IMG/VR virus record: IMGVR_UViG_3300001544_000071
Origin: an uncultured virus (IMG/VR IMGVR_UViG_3300001544_000071)
Lineage: Duplodnaviria > Heunggongvirae > Uroviricota > Caudoviricetes
DNA: 64,000 nucleotides
Direction: 5' to 3' (one strand)
Made by a program: the position numbers and the translations under genes. The notes under the pieces are model-generated. The model was not told the DNA's origin and did no database searches. It saw nothing but the letters and a program-made list of their open reading frames with translations. Positions 28,361-38,241 of the stretch are shown here, piece by piece. How positions within the stretch are numbered: the stretch's first letter is position 1; every line of letters starts with the position of its first letter.

Positions 28361-28498
28361 TATGACAAAACAAGAAGTAATTCAAAAGGTTTTGGACATC
28401 TTGGCGGATGATTTAGCCGATGCTTCGACTGCCGAAAGACAGACGATGTTACAAACCACGATTGATTTAATCAATCAGTTATTCCCATAGGAGAAAAC

Positions 28499-28717
28499 AT
28501 GATAAACAAACAAGACGAAGATTGTTATGACTTGGTTTGCGACCACTGTGAAACCGAACATGAAGACGGGCCGTTTGACAGTTTTGAAGAAGCAAACAGG
28601 GTTCGCAAAACTGACGGTTGGCTGACAGGCAAAAGCAAGAAATCAAAAGAATGGTTTAACCTTTGTACCGAGTGCCGTGCAGAACCGGACACCCGAAAGG
28701 AGTGGTTTGACAAATGA
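28499..28717 (+). CDS. Small zinc-ribbon protein
   Basis: CDHC...GW...CTEC. Confidence 0.7.
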   Translation: MINKQDEDCYDLVCDHCETEHEDGPFDSFEEANRVRKTDGWLTGKSKKSKEWFNLCTECRAEPDTRKEWFDK

Positions 28718-28971
28718 AAAAAGTAATTTTGGTTCACGCCCCTTGGTGTGCTGCCTGTCAGCCCATGAAAACATGGTGGTTCCAGCAGACCGTACCGGAA
28801 GGCGTGGAAATTGAAATGATGGAAGCGGATGACCCGGAACTTGAAAAATCGGGGATTTCTTCTCTGCCTACAATTCTTTTCTTAAATGAAGAAGGAGCAG
28901 AAGAAACAAGAGCAACCGGGGTAAAAACAGAACAGGAAATTGCGACAATTATTAAAATGTTGCGGTGGTAA
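28714..28971 (+). CDS. Thioredoxin-like protein
   Basis: APWCAAC and SSLPT cis-Pro motif. Confidence 0.85.
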   Translation: MKKVILVHAPWCAACQPMKTWWFQQTVPEGVEIEMMEADDPELEKSGISSLPTILFLNEEGAEETRATGVKTEQEIATIIKMLRW

Positions 28972-28992
28972 TTTTGAATAAAGGAGCAAAAC

Positions 28993-29283
28993 ATGAAAGC
29001 GTATGACTGGCAGAAGAAAGCGGTACAGCGGTTCAAAGACGCTAAAGCATTTATGCTTAATGTCTGTTGTGGCGGCGGAAAAACATTTGCAGCGATATTG
29101 ATTGCACTGGAGAAAAAACTGCCGGTCATCGTTATCGCTCCCAAAACCATTTGCAATCAATGGAAAGATGATTTGATTGCAAATGGTGTGGCGGAAAAGG
29201 ATATTTTCGTTTATAATCAACCTATGTACTCAAAAGACAAAATGAAATACGAAAATGAGGTGCGGATATGGCTGAACGCCTAA
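28993..29283 (+). CDS. SF2/SNF2 helicase N-terminal part (Q motif, Walker A, Ia)
   Basis: YDWQ, CGGGKT, VIVIAPKT; own AAGGAG SD. Confidence 0.85.
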   Translation: MKAYDWQKKAVQRFKDAKAFMLNVCCGGGKTFAAILIALEKKLPVIVIAPKTICNQWKDDLIANGVAEKDIFVYNQPMYSKDKMKYENEVRIWLNA

Positions 29284-30401
29284 AGTACAGGGACACCGGC
29301 TTTGAGTATGTAAAAGGCTCCGAGAACGTCATTTTTTCAAATGGTATAGTTCTTAAACTTGAGGAGTTCAAGGAGCTTGATAAACATAAAGCTGTTGTTT
29401 TAACTATTTTGCAGATGGCTAAAGATGGCGCACCGCTGTACGATTTTGAGTACGCGGCCAAAGAGGGAACATTACGACAATTAAAAGGCCCAACTTTAGC
29501 TCTGCCTCCTGTAAAGAAGCAGAAGAAGAAACCGCCGATACCGGAAAATGCCTATGAGAGTATATTGGAGCAAAAAGAAGCACCAATAAGCACCAATGCG
29601 CTTTTTGATGAACCTAAAAGCAATTACGAACCTAAAACAACCAGAGTGCCTCTTATTGTCCAGTCTGTAATGATATTGGTAGCCGTTGGAAGTGCGATTA
29701 TGTCGAGCTACCACACTACCATGTTTATCTGGACAAGTGGAAGGCCGATGTGGATTGCGCTGGCGACCGGGATTATAATGATTTTCTTTTCTGCTACGGC
29801 GTTTACAGCGGCGCGTTATTTTTTGCAGGAAAAGAACGCTTCAATGATATTCGGTGCGATATTTATTGTGCTTGGGTTAGGTGTTGTAGCGTATTCTATG
29901 TTTGCAACGCTGGCTGTAAACTATGACCAGTTTCAATGGGAGGAGCGTCAAGAACATGTCGTTATTATACAAAGCACGACAGAAGCGGAAATTGAAGCGC
30001 AAAGAAGGTTCGTTTTACAGTCCGAAGCTGACCGTCTTGACCAAGAAATCGAGCGGCTTAGTGCGGAAGTTTACCACTGGCGCACACGTTCATGGCAGCG
30101 ACATGATGAAGTTGCTGCTGATTTACGGGAGCTTGTTAGAGACCGTGGGGAGCTTACACTGGCAATTATTGATGCAGGTTCACGTCAGGTGGCTGCGCAG
30201 GGGGTGGTTGCTGCCGAAAGAATAACAATATTTGTATTTGTGTCCGAGTTGTTTGGTTTCGCCGAAGATTTAATGCGCTTTTTTGTTTTAACTATTCCGG
30301 CGTTGTTCTACGATATAGCAGCCCCGTTTGGGTTTACTATAATTTTATTATTAGAAGACAGGAGAAGAAAAAATGTCGAACAAACCGCCTTTAGGAATTA
30401 G
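29268..30401 (+). CDS. Multi-TM coiled-coil membrane protein
   Basis: Three TM helices, coiled coil, C-terminal TM. Confidence 0.75.
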   Translation: MAERLKYRDTGFEYVKGSENVIFSNGIVLKLEEFKELDKHKAVVLTILQMAKDGAPLYDFEYAAKEGTLRQLKGPTLALPPVKKQKKKPPIPENAYESILEQKEAPISTNALFDEPKSNYEPKTTRVPLIVQSVMILVAVGSAIMSSYHTTMFIWTSGRPMWIALATGIIMIFFSATAFTAARYFLQEKNASMIFGAIFIVLGLGVVAYSMFATLAVNYDQFQWEERQEHVVIIQSTTEAEIEAQRRFVLQSEADRLDQEIERLSAEVYHWRTRSWQRHDEVAADLRELVRDRGELTLAIIDAGSRQVAAQGVVAAERITIFVFVSELFGFAEDLMRFFVLTIPALFYDIAAPFGFTIILLLEDRRRKNVEQTAFRN

Positions 30402-30675
30402 ATTCAAAATGAGAGGGGTGCAAATAGTATTGTTATTCTTGACAATGCTTGCGGTCATTGTTGTTGTATCGGCAATAAGCGCATTGATTACATTGTGTAT
30501 CGTTACGCTTATTATCACCATACAGCATATTTTTGGTTTAGCACTTAATGTGTGTAAAATAACAGCCATAACATTGATAAGCGTCATGGCTGTTATATCG
30601 GGCATGGTGGTTCACCGATTATGGACCACCAGAAAGTTTAAGGTCCCGGACACGGAGCAAACCGCGCCTCAATAA
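30373..30675 (+). CDS. Small membrane protein
   Basis: Two long hydrophobic stretches. Confidence 0.55.
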   Translation: MSNKPPLGIRFKMRGVQIVLLFLTMLAVIVVVSAISALITLCIVTLIITIQHIFGLALNVCKITAITLISVMAVISGMVVHRLWTTRKFKVPDTEQTAPQ

Positions 30676-31126
30676 CTCTTTCCTGTCCGGGTCCGGGCGC
30701 GGTGATTACCAGCTTGGTAATAGCCGTTTCGGATACCGGGTCGGTAGGGTCAAAGGTATCAGCATCTTCTGGCCAGATTGGAGCAGAAAGGAACCAGCCA
30801 ACAAACTGATACCCTGCGCCCGGAATGGCTTCAAGAAGTATTTCCGTACCTTGGTTGACCGTATAGCTGCTTGGCGCGGCTATACTGAACCCGTCTGCCG
30901 CTGCCTGCGGTGTTACAACAGTCTTGAAAAATACTGGCTGCGGTGTTACTGGTAACGCTACATTAAGCCCAACTCTGGTGAGTTGGATTTGGTGAATGGG
31001 ATTATCAGCATTTTCAAAATCATTTGTCACGGGGATAGTATTTTCCCGGACAATCATTTTTTCCGTTTGGTCACGAAATGTAACCCTGTACTCCTGCATT
31101 AAAACCTGTGTAGTCTGTCCTGACAT
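30638..31126 (-). CDS. InlB B-repeat-like beta-domain virion protein
   Basis: GTEILLEAIPGAGYQFVGW...EARF. Confidence 0.65.
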   Translation of the reverse strand: MSGQTTQVLMQEYRVTFRDQTEKMIVRENTIPVTNDFENADNPIHQIQLTRVGLNVALPVTPQPVFFKTVVTPQAAADGFSIAAPSSYTVNQGTEILLEAIPGAGYQFVGWFLSAPIWPEDADTFDPTDPVSETAITKLVITAPGPGQERVIEARFAPCPGP

Positions 31127-31135
31127 AACTACCTC

Positions 31136-31540
31136 CTAGCGAACTACGCCACCTAATCTGTCGGCATGGTTTTCAGGCCAGCCCTTAAAATACCATTCCC
31201 ACGACCTATTAAAAATACGTCTCCTGTGCCATCGCAGAAAAGAAGGTATACCAACAATAAAAGCAAGGCTCCAGCCAAAAATACGTGATTGGGCTACATG
31301 ACCGTACTCATGCTGCCGTAATCTGTTGTTGCTTAGGTTTCTTGCTTCTCTTGAATGAGGCATAAAGATACGGTCGCCTATAGCAAACGCGCTTGTTTTG
31401 TTTGTGCGGTAATAAGTTATTTTTATTAGCCGCTGGTTAAACATAAACATTTCATATCGCTTCTCACGTAAGAAAAGCGGTATGATACGCGCAACAATAA
31501 TTTGTGGTAATTCCCACAAAACCCATAAAAAGTTTTTCAT
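31136..31540 (-). CDS. HExxH (HEYGH) membrane metallopeptidase-like protein
   Basis: WELPQ...HEYGH..QS...E..ADRLG; paralog of 62272-62700. Confidence 0.7.
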   Translation of the reverse strand: MKNFLWVLWELPQIIVARIIPLFLREKRYEMFMFNQRLIKITYYRTNKTSAFAIGDRIFMPHSREARNLSNNRLRQHEYGHVAQSRIFGWSLAFIVGIPSFLRWHRRRIFNRSWEWYFKGWPENHADRLGGVVR

Positions 31541-32073
31541 CCTAATATCCTTAATAAAGGAAACTTTGTCCGTAACAACGGACGGCCAACAGTCCAAAGA
31601 ACTAAAAGGCCAAGCAGCGTACCCATTATAACAGTGCGAGTCCTAGCATTTGCCAATCGTATTTGCTGCTGTGCTATAATTGCGTCAAGCTCATCGAGTT
31701 CCTGATGTAACCAAAATAACTGCATGTCCCGGCGTTCCATGCGCTCGCCGATTTGCTCATTGAACCTCCGCAAGTCGCTGTTCGACTGCGATAATTGCTC
31801 GTACAAAGCTGTCAACGCTGCGTAGCCATGCTCCAAACTCATTATGTTGGCCTGCAATATTCTCAAACTCCTCTCTTGCGCTTCGTATATCCTCTGCCCC
31901 TCGTTGAATAAGCTCTCCCATGCGCTCAATGTCCCGTTGTTGCTGTTCGATTGTTCGCCGTTGGTCTGCGACCAGATTGGCATCAGCCCACACGTCATCA
32001 GGGCGAACACCAGTACTACGACCGGGAGCGGTACTGCAAGCCGTGATAAAAATAATCGTGATAAGTAAAACAT
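31537..32073 (-). CDS. Spanin-like coiled-coil protein (N-terminal signal, C-terminal TM)
   Basis: AGGAGG SD; overlapped by a lipoprotein gene. Confidence 0.65.
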   Translation of the reverse strand: MFYLSRLFLSRLAVPLPVVVLVFALMTCGLMPIWSQTNGEQSNSNNGTLSAWESLFNEGQRIYEAQERSLRILQANIMSLEHGYAALTALYEQLSQSNSDLRRFNEQIGERMERRDMQLFWLHQELDELDAIIAQQQIRLANARTRTVIMGTLLGLLVLWTVGRPLLRTKFPLLRILG

Positions 32074-32092
32074 AAAAAATCCTCCTACGCAC
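31757..32092 (-). CDS. o-spanin-like lipoprotein
   Basis: MRRRIF..IIFITAC lipobox followed by a coiled coil. Confidence 0.65.
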   Translation of the reverse strand: MRRRIFYVLLITIIFITACSTAPGRSTGVRPDDVWADANLVADQRRTIEQQQRDIERMGELIQRGAEDIRSAREEFENIAGQHNEFGAWLRSVDSFVRAIIAVEQRLAEVQ

Positions 32093-32366
32093 CTTCGGCT
32101 CCTTTCTGCATTTCTACAGCAATGGAATTGTCTAGTTCGGTAATGCAGGCAATAAGTTTACCGGCATGTTGTATTTCGTCATTCATAATTTCTTTTAATT
32201 TGTCAGTAACAAGACTGTTTCCGGGACCAAGGCAATCAATAATTTCAGCGTACAAGTTCTGCGCAGACATTTCATCTGCCACCGCTCCACGCAAAGCCCG
32301 AATTACCTGCGCCACAGATGTAAACTTACCATCTTTGGGTATTTGTCTTGTTTGTACTAAAGCCAT
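32085..32366 (-). CDS. Ferritin-like half-domain protein
   Basis: DE..A...Y...EI..DE..H. Confidence 0.7.
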   Translation of the reverse strand: MALVQTRQIPKDGKFTSVAQVIRALRGAVADEMSAQNLYAEIIDCLGPGNSLVTDKLKEIMNDEIQHAGKLIACITELDNSIAVEMQKGAEGA

Positions 32367-32368
32367 AC

Positions 32369-32770
32369 TTAAATCCTACCCGAAGTATTGTGTTTTGTCA
32401 AACCAACTTCAAAGCTCGTTCCCTGCGGTGTAATCCTAGCCGTAAGCCGTACACCCGGCCCTTCGTCATATACTGCCTGTTGGACTTGTAAAAGGATTAA
32501 GGCAGAAGGAACCTCCCCTATAACATACTCCGCCCACTGAACACCTTCGCCTTCGTCTACCGGGTCCATTCCTTTCTGCCTCACAATAGCAAACATAGCC
32601 CTGTCCAGCATTTCTTCGTTTGGGTCATCGAGCATTTCAACGTCCGTAATGATGTTGGGGTCGAACTTATTATCTCGTATTGGAAATAAGTCAAACACAT
32701 CATCCGTCAACACCATTACCGCGCCTTGGGGCTGCATACGCTGTTCTTTTCTGCTTACCTTAAAGTCCAT
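32369..32770 (-). CDS. Putative baseplate wedge / sheath-initiator protein
   Basis: Size, synteny, GVQW motif. Confidence 0.45.
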   Translation of the reverse strand: MDFKVSRKEQRMQPQGAVMVLTDDVFDLFPIRDNKFDPNIITDVEMLDDPNEEMLDRAMFAIVRQKGMDPVDEGEGVQWAEYVIGEVPSALILLQVQQAVYDEGPGVRLTARITPQGTSFEVGLTKHNTSGRI

Positions 32771-32779
32771 ACCTGTCTC

Positions 32780-34714
32780 CTAGATACAGAATCCGAAGCA
32801 CACACGGCTTCCAACGTTTGCGCCTGTTTGCTGCGGCTGGCCGATATTGCTTATGTGTCTGTATGAAAGCCCATTGGTTAAGGTAGGCGAGCGAAGCCAA
32901 TAAGACCGGGCTGTATTGGTTCCATCAACCTTTATTCTGTCTGCGTCCGATGAGCCGACATAAATTGTATATTGGCTGCCTTCTATTGCATTTGTATTTT
33001 GCGGCACACCCGTTATTTCAATCTCGGAGAATAACCATATATCGTCTTGTACTGTTGTTACAGTTTGGCTTTGACTTCCCGTAGTTGTGGGTTTCAATAC
33101 CGTTTTTATAGCACTTCTTAACGCCAAAGGCAAAAGGGAGTATATGGTAGGTAGGGTTGTAAGACGCATAAAACTGTTTTCCCAACCGTTACTGTTATTT
33201 CCTGATGTGTCCATCGCAGATGACCACAATAGAGTATTTATCTCTACAGTCATCCCGGCTTTACCGCCGCCAACAAGGTCATCATGGTTAAAGGCGATTA
33301 TTCTGAATTGGGCGGTTTGTCCGTCAACTGTCTCGGTTCTTACATCTCCTACGGAGTAAGGATTTGCAATGTTGCCGGCTATAACATCCTGTATTGTACT
33401 GTTAATAACTGCCCAACTGTCTGTGCTGAAATCACCTGTTGATACACCCTGCACTGTTACTGTTATTGTTGTTGTAGTGGTTTGACCTGCGTTATTCATA
33501 ACAGCGCATTGGAATACGTATACACCTTCAACAAGGTCTGAAACCAGTGTAGAAGCAGCGTTGGGTGTAGCAATAGTATAAGTAACAGGGCCGCTAACTC
33601 TTGTCCAGAAAATACTACTTACGGGTAAGTCTGATGTTATATTCGCGCTCAATGTAGTGCTGTTTGTAGGCAGAGTAAGAGTTACATTCGGTCCAAGGTC
33701 AACTGACGGAGGCTGTGCCGGCGGGGAAATCTGGTCGAACTCCCAAACAAGATGCCCAAGTAACTCCGGTCTTGTTGCAAGTATCGGGTCGCCTGAACGG
33801 ATAATACGGACAGGCGGAGAGGATATACCATAATAGTAAAGGCGAAGATGACCGTCATGTTCAACACGGAAAGTCCACACACCCATAACGCCGATTATTG
33901 TCATGCCTTTTGGGTTCTTGCTGACATACCAGTCTTGCAGTGTCTGCCAGAAACCAGCACTATTTCTTCTGCCTGTGCGTGTGTATTGTATAGCAGTGTC
34001 TCTATACGTTACTTCCTGTACAATAACTTCTTTATTGCTGTCGTCACTATGTACCTGCAATATCAAAATACCGCTGTCATCTTGCGGTAACGGTGGTCCG
34101 TTCTGTACAACAAAAGGTGAGGCCGTGTTGATATGATGCCAAAGTCCTGTGTATGTATAATAATCAAAACTATTCCAAGCCTCATTTACCAGAAGTCTTG
34201 AAGTTGTAGTGTATTCTCTTAATATCTGCCAAAACACTGTGTTGGTAGGCGGTATGCCTGTAATACCGTCAGGGCTTTGCGCTGTACGAATGTACCACTG
34301 AAATATATTTATAGTACCAATATTAACAACAGTATATACAACGTCACCCGGCCTGTACGTTTGAAAAGCATCATATTCATTTGCGTTCCTTGCATTAAAT
34401 CGGGTCAACTGCATAAACAAACGCACAATAGTATCGATAACCATGTTAAGGTTAAAAGACATCCTGCCGGTAAAGTGATTTTGAAACAGCCTTGAAATAG
34501 ACGTGCCTTGTGTTTGTATACCGCTATTAAGCATAGCTTCCGATGTTTCCAATGCTGACGCGCTGTTGTCCGGTATTCTGTTGTCTGCCCTGTTGCTTTC
34601 AATATCCATTTCATCGTAGGCTTCTTGTGTATAACTAAACCGGGCAATCCTGCCGCGAGTACCTGCAAGCCTTTGAAACACATCACTTAATATATTAAAA
34701 TCCTGTTGGCTCAT
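32780..34714 (-). CDS. Tail fibre / receptor-binding protein with PKD and DUF6273-like domains
   Basis: WTRVSGP...GVYVF (PKD); WENSFMR...WLRSP...FGFCI. Confidence 0.75.
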   Translation of the reverse strand: MSQQDFNILSDVFQRLAGTRGRIARFSYTQEAYDEMDIESNRADNRIPDNSASALETSEAMLNSGIQTQGTSISRLFQNHFTGRMSFNLNMVIDTIVRLFMQLTRFNARNANEYDAFQTYRPGDVVYTVVNIGTINIFQWYIRTAQSPDGITGIPPTNTVFWQILREYTTTSRLLVNEAWNSFDYYTYTGLWHHINTASPFVVQNGPPLPQDDSGILILQVHSDDSNKEVIVQEVTYRDTAIQYTRTGRRNSAGFWQTLQDWYVSKNPKGMTIIGVMGVWTFRVEHDGHLRLYYYGISSPPVRIIRSGDPILATRPELLGHLVWEFDQISPPAQPPSVDLGPNVTLTLPTNSTTLSANITSDLPVSSIFWTRVSGPVTYTIATPNAASTLVSDLVEGVYVFQCAVMNNAGQTTTTTITVTVQGVSTGDFSTDSWAVINSTIQDVIAGNIANPYSVGDVRTETVDGQTAQFRIIAFNHDDLVGGGKAGMTVEINTLLWSSAMDTSGNNSNGWENSFMRLTTLPTIYSLLPLALRSAIKTVLKPTTTGSQSQTVTTVQDDIWLFSEIEITGVPQNTNAIEGSQYTIYVGSSDADRIKVDGTNTARSYWLRSPTLTNGLSYRHISNIGQPQQTGANVGSRVCFGFCI

Positions 34715-34723
34715 AAATCCTCC

Positions 34724-35668
34724 TTATGGCCCGACTGCCCTGTTAATAAAGTCAAAATCCTTAAACTTCATTCGCATAACGAAAAGCCATGCGATATACC
34801 TGCGCTGCGGATTAGCCACCGCTGCGGCATTGTTTAAGCTGTATGTCACAACACGCCAATGCTCTCTCTGTGAAAGCTCTATTTCATACACATAATCTTC
34901 GGTCAGTAGTTTTGTTATTTCAATCAATGAACTGATATTTACACCGATGCGGCGTATTCTCTGCATCGCCTGAAACAACAACATAAAAACTTCAATCTCC
35001 AGCGGTAAATATGTTTGGATAAACTCTTGGTAATGCAGGTACTTAAAACCGTACCATTCACCATAAGCTAGACCCAAAGAAGGGTCAGGAGGAGCAGGGA
35101 AAAGGTTCTGTTCCAATAAACTTCCTTCATCATCAAATATATTAAAACCTTCCCATGTATAGCCGATAAGCTCGGCACCGCGCTCCCTGTATGTTGCACG
35201 TAATTCGGCACGGGCGTAGGTATTTATATCTGTTGGGAAAGTTTCATGTTGTAATCTTCTAAACACAAAATGTTCTTCTGTTGGACTGCCGCCTCTGAAA
35301 TCAAGGAAGCCTCTCTCTGTCCTGTAAATAACATCGCCATCTGTACTTATCCATACGTTTGTTCTTTCGGGATGCGGTGCTTCCCATGAACGCATAGCAT
35401 TGGTAAACCAAATAGAACCTAAAGACGTGTCTCCAAACGCGCGTAACTGGAAAAGGCCGCCTATTTTTATAAGATTTATTATATCATTTTCACGCATCGG
35501 CGTGTCGTATCTTCCTGCCATGCTCGGCGCAAGCCATTGAAAGTTTCTGTGATATGCAAGCTCGTCAACCATACCCATGCGTAAGATGTGTCTGTTTAAG
35601 AAAGTACAAACATGGTTAATCAACCAGCCGTTAAGCTCGCCCCTGAAAAAGCGAAAGAACTTTTTCAT
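34724..35668 (-). CDS. Putative baseplate protein
   Basis: Synteny. Confidence 0.5.
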   Translation of the reverse strand: MKKFFRFFRGELNGWLINHVCTFLNRHILRMGMVDELAYHRNFQWLAPSMAGRYDTPMRENDIINLIKIGGLFQLRAFGDTSLGSIWFTNAMRSWEAPHPERTNVWISTDGDVIYRTERGFLDFRGGSPTEEHFVFRRLQHETFPTDINTYARAELRATYRERGAELIGYTWEGFNIFDDEGSLLEQNLFPAPPDPSLGLAYGEWYGFKYLHYQEFIQTYLPLEIEVFMLLFQAMQRIRRIGVNISSLIEITKLLTEDYVYEIELSQREHWRVVTYSLNNAAAVANPQRRYIAWLFVMRMKFKDFDFINRAVGP

Positions 35669-35671
35669 CTG

Positions 35672-35983
35672 CTACCTCAACGAAAACGGTATTGTCAACG
35701 GTTTTGACAATTTAGGAACTTGCGGCACCGCCGGCAAATTAGGCGGTCTGATTGGCCGCGCCGGAGGATTAGGCATGTTAGGCCACGGTATCTGACCGAA
35801 ACCAAGCCCTGCGGATATGCCTTTCATTATATCAATACAGGCTTGGCCTATTACCTGAATATTGGGAGCAGAAGGAAGGTCAGCCTCATTTATCCCCTGC
35901 TGCATGTTATCAATAAACTGGTCGGTCGTGGGTATTTCAGGGAACCCCGGTCTTGAAGTTCCTCCGGGCATTGGTATAGGCAT
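35672..35983 (-). CDS. Pro-rich hypothetical protein
   Basis: GGAGGTG SD before ATG 35983. Confidence 0.65.
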   Translation of the reverse strand: MPIPMPGGTSRPGFPEIPTTDQFIDNMQQGINEADLPSAPNIQVIGQACIDIMKGISAGLGFGQIPWPNMPNPPARPIRPPNLPAVPQVPKLSKPLTIPFSLR

Positions 35984-38241
35984 TATATCACCTCCACAGG
36001 AATAAGCAGAAGTAAAGCTAACATGAACCATCTTACCGCGCTTAGGCGCATTGTAACAAGCTGTCCATTCTGTGTGTTGCGTAACGTAAGCATACGTTCC
36101 CTTGCGTCATAAATAAGTTCCATTACATCACACGGGCCGCTCATGGTAAGTCTTTGCCTATTGCTGGAAAACACAAACTGCCAGTGGCTTGTAAGGCCGC
36201 GTTGGTCTGTTTCTTCTACCGTGACACCGGCAATACCGCCGCCTAAAGAAGTAACACGTCCAAGCTGCCCTACAGATAAAGAAGCATTACCTCCGACAAT
36301 ACTGGCTTCCGGCGTAATCCTAGAGTTACCTACGTTAATTACAAAATCGCCTTCACGCGCAGAAGCAGCCGTTTCGGGCGGCGTGTGCATATCATTCCAT
36401 ATTGGTATAAAACCCGGCGGCCTTGGAGGACGGTCTGGTATTGGTATGTCTATATCATCAACACCAATAGGCAAATAAGTATACCGGAACCGGAGACGCG
36501 CCATTAAAACTCTCGCTCCCGACACACTCCAACCCGGCTGATTAAATATATTGGCAAGGTCGGCTTCAAGCCCTATGTATGTTAGCTGCTCTTGTCCCCA
36601 CCAACGACTAAACCAGTTCTGTATAAACTCACCGCCAACCAAAGGAGCGGCAAACTTTACTTCTGCTTCTATGTTACCAAGGTCAGGGAAAGCAAAATTA
36701 AGCAGCGTCAAAGTATCATTACGTCTGTTGCCGGGCGGAGTACCTGTCGAAAGAATTGCTTGTACAACAAGCCGCAAACCGCTGTAATTTATATTAGGCA
36801 GAGAGGAAGCCGAAGCCACTACTATATCTTCTTCTGCTTCAGCTACACCGTCAGCCGGCCTCGTTACACGATAATTATAAGCTACAAACACACCGTTAAT
36901 AGGCACAAAAGTCTGAAAAGGCGGTGGGTGATGCGGTATCGCTTCTACGAACTCTACGGCTAGTTCGTGCAGTCTTTGTGTTAAATTGATTACCGGGATA
37001 TTATATAAAAGTAAATCTGATGCGCTTGGGAACATCATGCTCATTGGATTATTGATTGTTGCAAATCCTACCACTGCTGCTCTGCCTAAATCAGCATTAA
37101 CACCCTGTACGCCGCCGACATAAGTACCCATAATGCCTGCCGGAAATCCGGGCAGCGGTCTTATATTATTCATGTTTACAAGACCGCTGGCTGTCCATGT
37201 CGGGTCTACTCCGCCTACTGTTGCTGTGGAAACAAATACCGATGTTGCTTGCCCTGACGCTAAAGTAGTGGTTGGAATATTAAACTCATAGGTACGGCCT
37301 TCTACAATACTGTATGTACCGCCGACAATTGTTATGGGAGCTAATGTGGTATTTTCAAAATAAAAGTGTCGTTCAGCAAACTCCTCGTCTGCCGGTAAGC
37401 TGCCTTGGATAACCGATGTGACCGTGCTTTGCAATCCGTTTGCGTTTGCAACTCCGGCAGGTTCAAATGTTACACGCATACCCGACCGGGCGTTGGTAAT
37501 TGCCGGCCCGTCAGTTCTAGCCGTATTGTTCATACCTTGCCCCGGAGCAAGATTTGTAGGAGCAAGCGTAAACGAAAACTCTTGTCCGTCTATGGTAAGT
37601 ACATAAGTACCGCCCGGTATGTCAACATCACGCCCCATGCTGTGCGCCATTGTTTGTCTGTTTGCATAATTGCCGGGTACAGGCGGTAAGGTAATTGTGG
37701 GAGCTAAAGCGTCTCTCATACCATCGTACAACCACTGTACCATATCAATTGCACGGGGAGGCTGGTCCATACCACGACCATCGCGCCGGTTTACTCCTTG
37801 CTGTATTGCGCTTTCCACTTCACCCATAACATCCCAAGGTATCATTCGCAGCAAGGTCAATAAAGTGGGCATGACCGAACTTACATCAAAGTTCATTCGT
37901 TGCTGCTGCGGTCCGCCTTGCTTATTAACTTCTATAAAAACCTGCCGTGTTAAAGCATTAAAACCAACATTACCTAAAGGTATTCTTACTCTTGCACCGC
38001 CTGAAAACCTCGCACCGACAATACCAAGAACCGGTCTTGAGTGTTCGGGCGGCTGATGCGGTATCCAATCAACTAATGCTCGTAAAAACTCATACGCCCA
38101 CTGGCGTACATCGAGCATAGGGATAAGTCCCCAATTGTTCGGAGGGAACATATTCATGGGGCTTTCAAAGTGAATGGCTTCGCAAATATCAAGCCACCAT
38201 CTCGGCGGCCAGCCCTGCGTGTCTTCTACGTTGTCTGCCAT
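35983..38241 (-). CDS. Baseplate-associated protein with two J-like beta domains
   Basis: GGTY...F...L..G repeats; synteny. Confidence 0.6.
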   Translation of the reverse strand: MADNVEDTQGWPPRWWLDICEAIHFESPMNMFPPNNWGLIPMLDVRQWAYEFLRALVDWIPHQPPEHSRPVLGIVGARFSGGARVRIPLGNVGFNALTRQVFIEVNKQGGPQQQRMNFDVSSVMPTLLTLLRMIPWDVMGEVESAIQQGVNRRDGRGMDQPPRAIDMVQWLYDGMRDALAPTITLPPVPGNYANRQTMAHSMGRDVDIPGGTYVLTIDGQEFSFTLAPTNLAPGQGMNNTARTDGPAITNARSGMRVTFEPAGVANANGLQSTVTSVIQGSLPADEEFAERHFYFENTTLAPITIVGGTYSIVEGRTYEFNIPTTTLASGQATSVFVSTATVGGVDPTWTASGLVNMNNIRPLPGFPAGIMGTYVGGVQGVNADLGRAAVVGFATINNPMSMMFPSASDLLLYNIPVINLTQRLHELAVEFVEAIPHHPPPFQTFVPINGVFVAYNYRVTRPADGVAEAEEDIVVASASSLPNINYSGLRLVVQAILSTGTPPGNRRNDTLTLLNFAFPDLGNIEAEVKFAAPLVGGEFIQNWFSRWWGQEQLTYIGLEADLANIFNQPGWSVSGARVLMARLRFRYTYLPIGVDDIDIPIPDRPPRPPGFIPIWNDMHTPPETAASAREGDFVINVGNSRITPEASIVGGNASLSVGQLGRVTSLGGGIAGVTVEETDQRGLTSHWQFVFSSNRQRLTMSGPCDVMELIYDARERMLTLRNTQNGQLVTMRLSAVRWFMLALLLLIPVEVI

